Positions 46,226-56,169 of a DNA stretch of 63,571 bases are shown in pieces. The notes under the pieces are model-generated. The model searched no databases, was not told the DNA's origin, and saw only the letters and a program-made list of their open reading frames with translations. Every line of letters starts with the position of its first letter. The stretch's first letter is position 1. A program made the position numbers and the translations under genes. Source of the DNA: Candidatus Moraniibacteriota bacterium (GTDB taxonomy: Bacteria > Patescibacteriota > Minisyncoccia > Moranbacterales > UBA1568); NCBI GenBank assembly GCA_052034975.1, contig JBPOIA010000001.1:1-63571 (forward strand), in the 5' to 3' direction.

Positions 46226-47179
46226 ATGACTAGGCATATCCCGGTATTGTTGAAAGAGACCCTCGAAGAGATGCACCTTACAAAAGGGGTGAAGGCGGTG
46301 GATGCGACCTTGGGCGGCGGCGGGTTTGCGCGCGCATTGCTCGAAGCCGTATCGCCCGGCGGGACAATCGTCGCTTTCGATGCCGATGTGCACGCTCTCA
46401 AGCGTTTTCAAGAAGACGCTGACCGGTTCGTTCGGCAGGCGCTGAAAGACGGTTCACTTCGACTGGTACGCGCAAATTATTCGATGCTTGGCGACACGCT
46501 CCGACCCCTAGGAGGGGAGCGGGTCGCTGCGATTGTCGCGGATCTCGGGTTTTCGTCGGATCAGATCGAAGATGCGAAGCGAGGGTTTAGTTTCCGGAAA
46601 GATGGACCGCTCGATATGCGGCTTGATCAGGAGACGGATCTGACTGCCGAACGGATCGTGAACGAATATCCCGCAGACGAGATCGAGCGCATCCTTCGGA
46701 CATACGGTGATGAGCCGTATGCGAGGAGAATTGTATCGGCTATCGTTGAACTGCGGGATCAGGAACCGATCCGCACAACACGGACACTCGCTTCGCTTGT
46801 GGAGCAGTCGTATCCGAAAGCGATGCGTTTCCGAAGTGGTATCCATCCGGCGACCAAGACGTTCCAAGCGCTCCGTATCGCGGTGAATCTCGAATTCGAG
46901 CATCTCAAGCGGTTTTTGGAGGAAGCGATCGAATGGCTTCTGCCGGGAGGACGCTTGGCGATCATCACGTTCCATTCCGGTGAGGATCGCATCGTGAAAC
47001 GGTTTTTTCAGGAGGCGGCACAGGGCTGCATCTGCCCGAAAGGATTTCCTGTTTGCCGATGTGGGCATACCGCGCGACTCCGCGTGGTTACGAAGAAGCC
47101 GATCATTCCAAGCGAAGAGGAGAGAGCGGTAAACTCGAGAGCGAGGAGTGCTCGACTGCGCATCGCCGAAAAGGTGTAG
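46226..47179 (+). CDS. rsmH: 16S rRNA (cytosine1402-N4)-methyltransferase
   Basis: HIPVLLKE, DATLGGGG, DLGFSSDQ, and FHSGEDRIVK. Confidence 0.95.
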   Translation: MTRHIPVLLKETLEEMHLTKGVKAVDATLGGGGFARALLEAVSPGGTIVAFDADVHALKRFQEDADRFVRQALKDGSLRLVRANYSMLGDTLRPLGGERVAAIVADLGFSSDQIEDAKRGFSFRKDGPLDMRLDQETDLTAERIVNEYPADEIERILRTYGDEPYARRIVSAIVELRDQEPIRTTRTLASLVEQSYPKAMRFRSGIHPATKTFQALRIAVNLEFEHLKRFLEEAIEWLLPGGRLAIITFHSGEDRIVKRFFQEAAQGCICPKGFPVCRCGHTARLRVVTKKPIIPSEEERAVNSRARSARLRIAEKV

Positions 47180-47204
47180 GAAAAACAAAAAACAAAAACA
47201 ATCT

Positions 47205-47555
47205 ATGTTTCTTTCTCGTCATCCATCAGCGCTCTCAGCGCGTCCGATGAAATCGGTATTTGGGCATGGCCTTCCTGGCTCCGTGCATATGATCACGCTT
47301 GGCGTCCTGACACTGCTTTTTGTCGCCGCTGGCGGGTATCTGTATGCGGTGAACCAAAGCGCAGTGCAAGGATATCATATGCGTACGTTGGAAAAAGAGA
47401 TTGCCCGGTTGAAAGAGAAAAACGCAGAATTTCGGATCACCGAAGCCGATCTTCGCTCGCTCTATCGTATCGAAGCATCGAGCGGGGAGCTTCAACTCAA
47501 GAAACTGGGAGACATACGATATATCGAGGAGCGTGGACCGGTAGCCCTGAGATGA
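47205..47555 (+). CDS. ftsL: FtsL-like cell-division membrane protein
   Basis: Single TM helix followed by a coiled coil (MRTLEKEIARLKEKNAEFR). Position between rsmH and ftsI. The start is uncertain. Confidence 0.55.
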   Translation: MFLSRHPSALSARPMKSVFGHGLPGSVHMITLGVLTLLFVAAGGYLYAVNQSAVQGYHMRTLEKEIARLKEKNAEFRITEADLRSLYRIEASSGELQLKKLGDIRYIEERGPVALR

Positions 47556-47600
47556 TAATGGGAGCGATGATTCGCTTCTACGGATAAGTACTCTACGCGT

Positions 47601-49376
47601 ATGCAGAGCTCCAGGAATGTTCGAGTACGACCGGAAAGGAAGCGAGGAATGGAAGAAGAAGGGCGTTTTAGAACATACGGATTGGCGATAGTCATCGTCC
47701 TGGGAGGAGCGATGATCATATGCCGGCTCTATTTCCTCCAAGTGGTTTCCTATCAGAAATGGTTGGCGCTGGCGGAAGATCAGCACAACGCTTTTTGGGA
47801 ATTGTCGGCTGAACGTGGGGAGATCTTTATGCGTGACGGCGAGATACGGTATCCACTTGCCGTCAATCGCGAGTATCAGTTGCTCTATGTCGTACCGAAA
47901 GAAATAAAGGAAAAGGATCGCGTTGCCGTTGAGCTCTCGCGTATCTTCGGGATGGACGTCGGGCCGATCCGCGATAAACTCGATCGTCCCGATGACCCGT
48001 TCGAAATCGTGAAGAAGCGCCTGAACGAAGAAGAAGTGGCGCGTGTCAAGGAACTCGATCTTGATGGCGTCGGGCTGTTGCCGGAAAAATACCGTTATTA
48101 TCCGGCCGGCGAGCTGGCGGCGCAAGTGATAGGATTCGCCAGCCTCGGGGAGAGGGGCGGTGCGGGCGGATACGGCGTCGAGGCATCGCTCGACGGGAAT
48201 CTTCGGGGAACGACGGGGAGCGTGGCGCAGGAAAAGGACGCTGGTGGCCGTTGGATCCCACTTTCCGATCGCACGGTCGTTTCGGCAAAAAACGGTGATA
48301 GTATCCTCCTGACGCTCGATCGCGTGATCCAGTACGAGACGGAAAAGATCCTGCGTGAGGCGACAGAACAGTATGGTGCGGACCGGGCGACGGCGATCGT
48401 GATGGATCCGAAGAACGGCGACATCCTCGCGATGGCATCGTTTCCGCAATTCGATCCGAATAATTATTCGCAAGTCGAGGATTATTCCGTGTTTCTGAAT
48501 CCGGCCGTCAGTGCGGCGTATGAGCCTGGATCGGTGATGAAGCCGATTACGATGGCGATTGGCATTGAGACCGAAAAAATTTCCCCGAATACGGAGTATG
48601 TCGATACGGGCGTGGTCACGATCGGCGGATATGCCATCCGTAATTCGGAAGATAAGGTGTACGGCCGGAGCACGATGACAAAGGTGCTGGAAGAATCCAT
48701 CAATACCGGAGTCATCTTCGTTGAGAAACTGGTTGGGAACAAAGCATTCGGCGAATATATGCGCCGGTTCGGATTCGGGGAACGGACAGGAGTGACACTG
48801 CCGGCCGAACTTCCCGGCAATACGAAAAATCTCGACAATCTTCGTTCCGACATTCAGTTTTTCACGGCATCGTTCGGACAGGGGATTACCGTGACGCCGC
48901 TCCAGCTTGTGAATGCGTATGCGACGCTTGCGAACGGCGGCCGTCTGCTTCGTCCGCATATCGTTGACCGCATCATTCGTCCTGATGGCACCGAGGAAGA
49001 TGTTCTTCCCGAAGAAATCCGTCGTGTGGTGAGTGAAGAGACCGCCCGGACAGCCGGTAGAATGCTTCGGAGCGTGGTAACGAACGGGCACGGTAAGCGC
49101 GCCGATGTTCCCGGATACCTGGTCGGCGGAAAGACCGGTACGGCTCAGGTGGCGAAAAGCGATGCCAAGGGATATGAGGAAGGAATGACTATCGGAACAT
49201 TTGCCGGATACGCTCCGCTTGATGATCCGCGGTTCGCTGTCGTGGTTAAGATAGACAATCCGAAGAGTGTGCAGTGGGCTGAATCGAGCGCTGCCCCGAC
49301 ATTTGGCCGGATTATGAGATTCCTGCTAGAGTATGCCAGAGTAGAACCGACGGAAACAGTTACTCCGAAACAATGA
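47601..49376 (+). CDS. ftsI: class B penicillin-binding protein (FtsI/PBP2-type transpeptidase)
   Basis: N-terminal TM helix, PBP dimerisation region, SVMKP (SxxK), and KTGTA. Confidence 0.9.
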   Translation: MQSSRNVRVRPERKRGMEEEGRFRTYGLAIVIVLGGAMIICRLYFLQVVSYQKWLALAEDQHNAFWELSAERGEIFMRDGEIRYPLAVNREYQLLYVVPKEIKEKDRVAVELSRIFGMDVGPIRDKLDRPDDPFEIVKKRLNEEEVARVKELDLDGVGLLPEKYRYYPAGELAAQVIGFASLGERGGAGGYGVEASLDGNLRGTTGSVAQEKDAGGRWIPLSDRTVVSAKNGDSILLTLDRVIQYETEKILREATEQYGADRATAIVMDPKNGDILAMASFPQFDPNNYSQVEDYSVFLNPAVSAAYEPGSVMKPITMAIGIETEKISPNTEYVDTGVVTIGGYAIRNSEDKVYGRSTMTKVLEESINTGVIFVEKLVGNKAFGEYMRRFGFGERTGVTLPAELPGNTKNLDNLRSDIQFFTASFGQGITVTPLQLVNAYATLANGGRLLRPHIVDRIIRPDGTEEDVLPEEIRRVVSEETARTAGRMLRSVVTNGHGKRADVPGYLVGGKTGTAQVAKSDAKGYEEGMTIGTFAGYAPLDDPRFAVVVKIDNPKSVQWAESSAAPTFGRIMRFLLEYARVEPTETVTPKQ

Positions 49377-50701
49377 TTTCTATGGCTTTGAATAAGAGGA
49401 AATGCTTGGAAAAGATACTTCGCGCGATGGCGAAAGCGGTACTGGCGAAATACCAACCGCTTGTTATTGGTATTACGGGATCGGTTGGGAAAAGCTCAGC
49501 CAAAGAAGCGATTGCGCTTGTGCTTTCGGCCAGTTATCGCGTTCGGAGCGCGGAAGGGAATCAGAATAACGAGATCGGTATTCCGCTCACGATCATCGGA
49601 GCTAAGAGCGGCGGCCGGTCGGTTTTCCGTTGGCTTCTCGTGTTTTTCCGTTGGGCCGGAACGATGTTATTTCCGATCCGTTTTCCGCAGGTGCTCGTAC
49701 TTGAAATGGGCATCGATCGGCCGGGAGATATGGAATATCTGCTCAATTTCGTGCCGGTGAATATCGGCGTGGTGACGCAGGTGTCATCGAGCCATATCGC
49801 GTATTTCGGATCGGTCGGGAATATCGCCAAGGAGAAGGGACGTCTCATCGCGGAGTTGCCAGAGAACGGATACGCCATCCTCAACGCTGATGATAAGAAC
49901 GTGATCCGGATGCAGGAACGTACCCGGGCGAAAATCATCACCTACGGTTTTTCCGAATCTGCATCGGTTCGGGCCGATCATATTCTCTTCCATCGCGATC
50001 CGCGCCGAATGGAAGGATTCAGTTTCAAGGTGGCCGTCGAAGGAAAGAGCGTGCCGGTACGTCTGCCGAAAATCATCGCCAAGCATCATATCTTCGGCGT
50101 TTTGTCCGCGATCGGCGTCGGGCTTTCGCTTAAGATGAATTTGGTGGAGATCGCTCGAGCACTCGAGCGTTTTGAACCGCTTCCGGGACGGCTTCGGTTG
50201 TTGCCCGGCCGGGAGGGGGCGTTCCTTCTTGATGATACGTATAATGCTTCTCCGGTTTCGGTCCGGGCGGCGCTCGACGTCGTGAAAGAGCTGATGGCCC
50301 CGCGTAAAATCGTCGTTCTTGGCGATATGCTTGAACTTGGTGCGGATGCGACGGAAGAGCATGGCGGACTCGCTGAGGTGATCGAGGCGTCGGGTGCACA
50401 TATCATTTTCACGGTCGGTCAGCATATGCGATCGCTCCACGAAGCGCTTCTCGCTCGCGGCTATGCCCGCAAGCGAGTGTTATGGATGCCAGATCCGATT
50501 TCGGCGCTCGAAGCGCTGCTTCAAACGATCCGGCCGGACGATCTCATTCTTATCAAGGGATCGCGTGGTATGCGGATGGAAAAAATTGTCGAAGGACTCC
50601 TTATCGATCCGCGCGATGCGAAGGCGCTCCTGTGTTGTCAGTCGGATGAATGGCGCCGGAAGCCGTTTGCTCCACCTTCGGAATGGACGGAGATCATTTG
50701 A
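49373..50701 (+). CDS. murF: UDP-N-acetylmuramoyl-tripeptide--D-alanyl-D-alanine ligase
   Basis: ITGSVGKSSAKE P-loop, DDTYNASP, and LGDMLELG. ATGA overlap with ftsI. Confidence 0.9.
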   Translation: MISMALNKRKCLEKILRAMAKAVLAKYQPLVIGITGSVGKSSAKEAIALVLSASYRVRSAEGNQNNEIGIPLTIIGAKSGGRSVFRWLLVFFRWAGTMLFPIRFPQVLVLEMGIDRPGDMEYLLNFVPVNIGVVTQVSSSHIAYFGSVGNIAKEKGRLIAELPENGYAILNADDKNVIRMQERTRAKIITYGFSESASVRADHILFHRDPRRMEGFSFKVAVEGKSVPVRLPKIIAKHHIFGVLSAIGVGLSLKMNLVEIARALERFEPLPGRLRLLPGREGAFLLDDTYNASPVSVRAALDVVKELMAPRKIVVLGDMLELGADATEEHGGLAEVIEASGAHIIFTVGQHMRSLHEALLARGYARKRVLWMPDPISALEALLQTIRPDDLILIKGSRGMRMEKIVEGLLIDPRDAKALLCCQSDEWRRKPFAPPSEWTEII

Positions 50702-50827
50702 CAGAAAAAACGTCTCGAGAGGATTGACAGATGTCTTGCGCAGCTTTGGGAAAAGGACTATGATAAAGCCGAGGAAAGAATGATTGTTCTTTCCGATAAT
50801 TCCGATAATCCGTGACGTGTACGTGTT

Positions 50828-51163
50828 ATGACGGACAATATGAAGGACAGGGACTTCATCGAGTATGTCGTGAAGATGCTCGTGGATAATCCCGATGATG
50901 TGAAGGTGGAACGGAAGATTGATGAAATGGGAGTGCTCATCACGCTCGACGTCAACCCAAAAGATATGGGAATGGTGATCGGCCGCGAGGGAATGACCGC
51001 CAAGGCGCTCCGTACATTGCTTCGGGTGATCGGTGCCCGCAATAACGCTCGCGTCAATCTCAAGATCAACGAACCGGAAGGTTCCGAACGTCCGCCGCGC
51101 ACTGAACGGCCGGTCGAGGAGAAGAAAACTCTCGATGACGTGATGAATGACATCCAATTGTAA
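50828..51163 (+). CDS. KH-domain RNA-binding protein (YlqC/UPF0109-like)
   Basis: DFIEYVVKMLVDNPDDVKV...PKDMGMVIGREGMTAKALRTLL. Confidence 0.85.
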   Translation: MTDNMKDRDFIEYVVKMLVDNPDDVKVERKIDEMGVLITLDVNPKDMGMVIGREGMTAKALRTLLRVIGARNNARVNLKINEPEGSERPPRTERPVEEKKTLDDVMNDIQL

Positions 51164-51175
51164 GAGAATATCATC

Positions 51176-51206
51176 GTCCCCGGAATTTCCGGGGACTTTT
51201 CTTTTT
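51176..51206 (+). terminator. intrinsic terminator
   Basis: Perfect gtccccgg / ccggggac stem followed by ttttcttttt. Confidence 0.7.
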
Positions 51207-51260
51207 CCGGCTGTCGTGATAGGATAGGGCCGTTCTGTGATTTTTTTGGAGGGAGTACCT

Positions 51261-51827
51261 ATGGAAACCAAGCGGTTTGAAATTGCAGGACCGGTTCTTT
51301 TGAAGCCGGATGTCTTCATCGACGATCGGGGATATTTCTTCGAGTCGTTCAGTCTGAAAAGATATCAGGAGCTGGGCATTCCGGCGGAACGTTTTGTGCA
51401 GGACAATGTCTCGCATTCGCGTCGGGGCGTGGTGCGCGGGCTCCATTATCAGGCGCCACCGTTCGCGCAGGGGAAGCTCGTACAAGTTTTGCGTGGCCGC
51501 GTGCTCGATGTGGCGCTTGATATCCGTACTGGGTCGCCGACATTTGGCAAGTATGTGATGGTCGAACTTTCGGAAGTGGATCATTCTCAGTTCTGGATCC
51601 CGGCCGGATTCGCGCATGCCTTCCTCGCGCTCGAAGACAATACGCTCTTCACGTACAAGGTGACGAATCCGTACCACAAGGAATCGGATCGTGGCATCCT
51701 TTGGAACGATCCTGAACTTGGGATTGCGTGGCCGAAAGATATCACGCCCCTCGTCTCTCCCAAAGATGCAGCACTTCCGCTCTTAAGTGGGATCGCTACT
51801 GATTTCGTCTTCGGCGAAGAGTACTGA
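51261..51827 (+). CDS. rmlC: dTDP-4-dehydrorhamnose 3,5-epimerase
   Basis: DDRGYFFESF, RGLHYQ, KLVQVLRGRVLDVALDIR, and WIPAGFAHAF. ATG after the GGAGGG RBS. Confidence 0.93.
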   Translation: METKRFEIAGPVLLKPDVFIDDRGYFFESFSLKRYQELGIPAERFVQDNVSHSRRGVVRGLHYQAPPFAQGKLVQVLRGRVLDVALDIRTGSPTFGKYVMVELSEVDHSQFWIPAGFAHAFLALEDNTLFTYKVTNPYHKESDRGILWNDPELGIAWPKDITPLVSPKDAALPLLSGIATDFVFGEEY

Positions 51828-52077
51828 CCGTTTTTTGGCCGCGGCTTTTTGGTATCTGATATACTGGAAGGGTCGCGGCTTTTTATTACCAATTTTTTTC
51901 TGAAACCAGAACCTTTCAAAGAGACTCTGGAGTTCGAGCGGGCACGGTTCTGCGATGGATTCATCGCAGAGAGCGAGGACGAAAGCGTAACGAGTAAGAC
52001 GCGCTGGATCTTACGAGTGATTCTTCGAAAGGTTGCTGGCTGAATGAAAAGAGAGATTTATAAAATTAGAACAAATT

Positions 52078-53082
52078 ATGAAAATACTTGTTACTGGCGG
52101 GGCGGGATTTATCGGGAGCAATTTTATTCATTTTATCCTTGGAACGTATCCAAAGGACGAGGTGATCAATCTCGATCTCCTGACCTATGCGGGTAACCTC
52201 GAGAATCTCGCGGTGTGGAAAGATGATCCGCGGTATCGCTTCGTGAAGGGCAGCATCACGGACGCCGCTCTTGTCGAGCCGCTCGTGGCCGAGTGCGATG
52301 CGATCGTCCATTTTGCGGCCGAGTCGCATGTCGATCGCTCCATTCTTGATCCGAGCGCTTTTATCGAAACCAATGTGCGGGGGACGTACGTTTTGCTTGA
52401 GGCGGCAAAAAAACACAGCAAGCGTTTTCATCACGTTTCGACCGATGAGGTTTTTGGCAGTCTCGGTTTGGATGACGCGCCCTTCAATGAGAGGACGCCG
52501 TATGATCCGCGGAGCCCGTATAGCGCATCGAAAGCCTCGTCGGATCATCTCGTGCGCGCGTATTTCCATACCTATAATCTGCCGGTCACGATCTCAAACT
52601 GTTCCAATAACTACGGCCCGTATCATTTTCCCGAAAAACTTATTCCGCTCGCTATTACCAATCTTCTTGAAGGAAAGAAAGTGCCGGTCTATGGCGATGG
52701 TATGCAGGTACGCGATTGGCTGTATGTATCGGATCATTGCCGGGCGATCGATCTTGTCCTTAGGCAAGGGAAGATCGGTGAAACCTACTGCGTAGGCGGG
52801 AATGGTGAGCGACCGAATATCTGGATTGTGAAACAGCTCCTTTCGGCGCTTGGCAAGGATGAAAGCTCCATCGAATACGTGAAGGATCGCGCGGGTCACG
52901 ATCGCCGCTACGCCATTGATTTTTCGAAAATAGAACGAGAGCTTGGCTGGCGTCCGTCCGTCACGCTCGAAGAAGGTCTCAAACAGACAATAGAGTGGTT
53001 CCAGGAGAACGAAACCTGGTGGAAGAACGTGAAGAGCGGCGAATATGAAAAGTATTATGAGAATCAGTATCAGAAACGTTAG
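52078..53082 (+). CDS. rmlB: dTDP-glucose 4,6-dehydratase
   Basis: ILVTGGAGFIGSNF, HFAAESHVDRS, YSASKASSDHLV, and SNNYGPYHFPEKLIP. Confidence 0.96.
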   Translation: MKILVTGGAGFIGSNFIHFILGTYPKDEVINLDLLTYAGNLENLAVWKDDPRYRFVKGSITDAALVEPLVAECDAIVHFAAESHVDRSILDPSAFIETNVRGTYVLLEAAKKHSKRFHHVSTDEVFGSLGLDDAPFNERTPYDPRSPYSASKASSDHLVRAYFHTYNLPVTISNCSNNYGPYHFPEKLIPLAITNLLEGKKVPVYGDGMQVRDWLYVSDHCRAIDLVLRQGKIGETYCVGGNGERPNIWIVKQLLSALGKDESSIEYVKDRAGHDRRYAIDFSKIERELGWRPSVTLEEGLKQTIEWFQENETWWKNVKSGEYEKYYENQYQKR

Positions 53083-53085
53083 CCT

Positions 53086-53949
53086 ATGGAAAAGAGGAAG
53101 GTTTTGATTCTCGGAGCAAAGGGAATGCTCGGGCAGGAGCTCGTGTGCGTTTACCGTGAGGACGAAGGATATGAGGTCGCGGGTTGGGACTATGAGGAAA
53201 TTGATCTCACGGATTTTTCTATGGCGGAAAAAAAGATCCGTGAGTATGCGCCAGCGGTTATTATAAACGCTGTGGCGTACAACGCGGTTGACCAGTGCGA
53301 GGAAAACGAGGAGGAATATGCCAAGGCGATGAAGCTCAATGCCGATGTCCCGGGATTTCTTGCGCGACTGGCAAAAGAGCTCGATAGGACGTTCGTCCAT
53401 TATTCTTCGGACTATGTCTTTGATGGCGAGAATGCGGACGGTTATGCCGAGGATGCCGAACCGCGACCGCTCTCTCGGTATGGCAGAAGCAAATGGGAAG
53501 GGGAGAAAAACGTCATTGCGGAAGGTGAAAAATATTATCTTATTCGTTTGTCGAAATTGTTCGGCAAGCCGGCGTCGTCCGCGGTCGGGAAGAAGAGTTT
53601 CTTCGAGAAAATGCTTGAAGTGGCGAAGGACAAAAAAGAAGTGACGGTCGTCGATGACGAGAAGAGTTGTTTCACGTACGCGCCGGATCTGGCGCTCGCG
53701 AGCAAGGTGCTCGAGATGTATCAGAAGCCGTACGGCATTTATCATTTGGTGAACGAGGGTGTGGCGACATGGTACGAGGCGGCGCAGGAATTGTTCCGGT
53801 TGGCAAAGATGGATATCGCTGTAAAACCGGTCTCAGCCGACATGTTTCCTCGCCCCGCCAAGCGGCCAAAATTTTCGGCGCTTCGCAATACCAAATTTAT
53901 CCCAATCCGTCCGTATCAAGAAGCGCTCGAAGAGTTTCTGAAGAAATAG
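53086..53949 (+). CDS. rmlD: dTDP-4-dehydrorhamnose reductase
   Basis: VLILGAKGMLGQEL, INAVAYNAVDQCE, and YSSDYVFDG...YGRSKWEGE. Confidence 0.93.
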   Translation: MEKRKVLILGAKGMLGQELVCVYREDEGYEVAGWDYEEIDLTDFSMAEKKIREYAPAVIINAVAYNAVDQCEENEEEYAKAMKLNADVPGFLARLAKELDRTFVHYSSDYVFDGENADGYAEDAEPRPLSRYGRSKWEGEKNVIAEGEKYYLIRLSKLFGKPASSAVGKKSFFEKMLEVAKDKKEVTVVDDEKSCFTYAPDLALASKVLEMYQKPYGIYHLVNEGVATWYEAAQELFRLAKMDIAVKPVSADMFPRPAKRPKFSALRNTKFIPIRPYQEALEEFLKK

Positions 53950-54106
53950 ATTTTTTGTTTGTCATTAGTGAGAATTTAAAAAAGAAAACCGCCCTTCGGC
54001 GGATAAAAGACACAATTACCATTATACACCTTTTTTGCATCTTTGTCAATGGTGCGAGGGAGGTGTTTTTTTGGTATCATAGAGGTGTTTTTAACTTGTG
54101 GAAGCT

Positions 54107-55354
54107 ATGAAACACGACGTTCTGAAACGGGCGGATAGGTCTGTTTTTGCCGCTGTAATGGGCGAAGAAAAACGACAGGAAGAAGGCTTGGAGATGATCG
54201 CGTCGGAAAATTACGTGTCGAAAGCGGTGCTCGAGGCGCTCGGGACGGTTTTTACGAACAAGTATTCCGAAGGGTATCCGGGTCGGCGTTATTACGGCGG
54301 ACAGGAATGGACGGATGTCGTGGAGACTTTGGCTATCGATCGGGCGAAAAAACTTTTTGGCGCGGAACACGCGAATGTCCAGCCGCATTCGGGAGCACAG
54401 GCCAACTTGGCCGTTTATGCGGCGCTTCTCGAACCAGGTGACACGGTGCTCGGGATGGATCTTTCGCACGGTGGACATTTGACGCACGGACATCCGGTGA
54501 CTCTGCCGGCGAAAGTGTATAATTTCGTGCGGTACAAGACCGAAGCGGACGGGACGATTGATTATAAGAAATTGGAAAAATTAGCGAAAGAAACGAAACC
54601 GAAGTTGATGCTCGCGGGGTTCTCTTCGTATACGCGACAGATCGATTATGAGAAATTTACGGCAATCGCAAAAAAGGTAGGCGCACTCTCGATGATGGAT
54701 ATGGCACATATTGCCGGTCTTGTTGCTGGGGGCGTGCTTCCGAATCCGGTACCATATTTCGATATCGTGACGGCGACGACACACAAGACTTTGCGTGGTC
54801 CGCGCGGGGGACTCATTCTCTGTTGTGAGAAATATGCCAAAGCGATCGACAAGGCGGTTTTCCCGGGAACACAAGGTGGCCCGCATATGCATACAATCGC
54901 CGCGAAAGCCGTAGCGTTTGGCGAAGCGCTTCGTTCTGATTTCAAAAAATATGCCAGACAGATTTTAAAAAATGCCAAAACACTTGAAAAAGAATTAGCC
55001 AAATGTGGCGTGATAATTCTTTTTGGTGGGACGACCGAAAATCATATGCTGGTCATCGATACGATGAAGAGTTACGGAATCACAGGGAAAGAAGCGGAAA
55101 AACTTTTGGATGAAGTCGGGATTACGATCAACAAAAACGTCATTCCGGATGATCCACGGGGTCCGCTCGATCCTTCGGGTGTGCGCATCGGTGTGCCGGC
55201 TGTCACGACACGGGGGATGAAGGAAAAAGAGATGAAGATGCTCGCGGGTTTTATTGAGGAGACGCTGCGTTCAAACGATGACAAGAAAGTATTGGGAAAC
55301 ATCCGAAAAGAGGTGAAAAGTCTTTGTAAACGGTTTCCGGTGTATAAAAAATAA
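54107..55354 (+). CDS. glyA: serine hydroxymethyltransferase
   Basis: LEMIASENYVS, GYPGRRYYGG, TTHKTLRGPRGG, and FPGTQGGPHMH. The GTG at 54098 is an alternative start. Confidence 0.97.
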   Translation: MKHDVLKRADRSVFAAVMGEEKRQEEGLEMIASENYVSKAVLEALGTVFTNKYSEGYPGRRYYGGQEWTDVVETLAIDRAKKLFGAEHANVQPHSGAQANLAVYAALLEPGDTVLGMDLSHGGHLTHGHPVTLPAKVYNFVRYKTEADGTIDYKKLEKLAKETKPKLMLAGFSSYTRQIDYEKFTAIAKKVGALSMMDMAHIAGLVAGGVLPNPVPYFDIVTATTHKTLRGPRGGLILCCEKYAKAIDKAVFPGTQGGPHMHTIAAKAVAFGEALRSDFKKYARQILKNAKTLEKELAKCGVIILFGGTTENHMLVIDTMKSYGITGKEAEKLLDEVGITINKNVIPDDPRGPLDPSGVRIGVPAVTTRGMKEKEMKMLAGFIEETLRSNDDKKVLGNIRKEVKSLCKRFPVYKK

Positions 55355-55358
55355 ACGT

Positions 55359-56153
55359 ATGAAAGGAATCATCCTCGCCGGTGGGACCGGTACGCGGCTT
55401 CTGCCGCTCACAGCCATCACTTCCAAGCAATTGCTACCGGTCTATGATCGACCGATGATCTTTTATCCGCTCAACACGCTCATTCAAGCGGGGATCACGG
55501 ACATCCTCATCATCGTGGCGCCGGATCATTCGGGACATTTTTTGAATTTGCTCGGTTCGATGTTCCGGAAATTCGGTATCAATCTCTCGTTCGTCGTCCA
55601 GAAATCGCCGCGGGGACTCGCGGAAGCGTTCATTCTTGCGGAGGATTTCATCGATGGCGAGGCGACGACACTTGTGTTGGGTGACAATATTTTTGAGGAC
55701 GATTTCACCGAGGCTATCAAGACATTTGAGAAGGGCGGGCGTATTTTTGCCAAGGAAGTGCCGGATCCGGAACGTTTTGGCGTAGTGGAATTCGATGCCG
55801 CGGGGAAAGCTCTTTCGATTGAAGAAAAACCGAAAGCTCCGAAAAGTCATTTTGCTATTCCCGGTATTTATATTTTCGATTCGAACGTGGTGGAAATAGC
55901 CAAAGGACTTACGCCGTCGGAACGAGGAGAGCTCGAGATCACTGACCTGCATCGTCACTATCTCGCCGAAGGGACACTCGACGTGCGCGTGATTACCGGT
56001 GCCTACTTTGATACCGGGACGCACGAATCGCTTTTTGAGGCAAGCGCCTATGTGCGAGAACACAACTTTCGCGACCGGTTTCATCCGATGGTGAACGAAG
56101 CGATCGTCGAATTCAACGCCGAATTTAAAAAAATTGTTTCCATAAACAAGTAA
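55359..56153 (+). CDS. rmlA: glucose-1-phosphate thymidylyltransferase (short form)
   Basis: MKGIILAGGTGTRLLPLT...SKQLLPVYDRPMIFYPL, and RFGVVEFD. Confidence 0.9.
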   Translation: MKGIILAGGTGTRLLPLTAITSKQLLPVYDRPMIFYPLNTLIQAGITDILIIVAPDHSGHFLNLLGSMFRKFGINLSFVVQKSPRGLAEAFILAEDFIDGEATTLVLGDNIFEDDFTEAIKTFEKGGRIFAKEVPDPERFGVVEFDAAGKALSIEEKPKAPKSHFAIPGIYIFDSNVVEIAKGLTPSERGELEITDLHRHYLAEGTLDVRVITGAYFDTGTHESLFEASAYVREHNFRDRFHPMVNEAIVEFNAEFKKIVSINK

Positions 56154-56169
56154 TTTTTTGAAAAAACGT

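Noticed and set aside
47235-49091. 618-aa ORF on the minus strand
   Set aside because: It is antisense to ftsI/ftsL and has no recognisable motifs. It is a shadow ORF.
51849-52043. Calling the 64-aa track ORF a CDS
   Set aside because: It has no ATG and no RBS, and its 5' part overlaps terminator-like hairpins. It is reported only as a finding (possible remnant or non-ATG gene).
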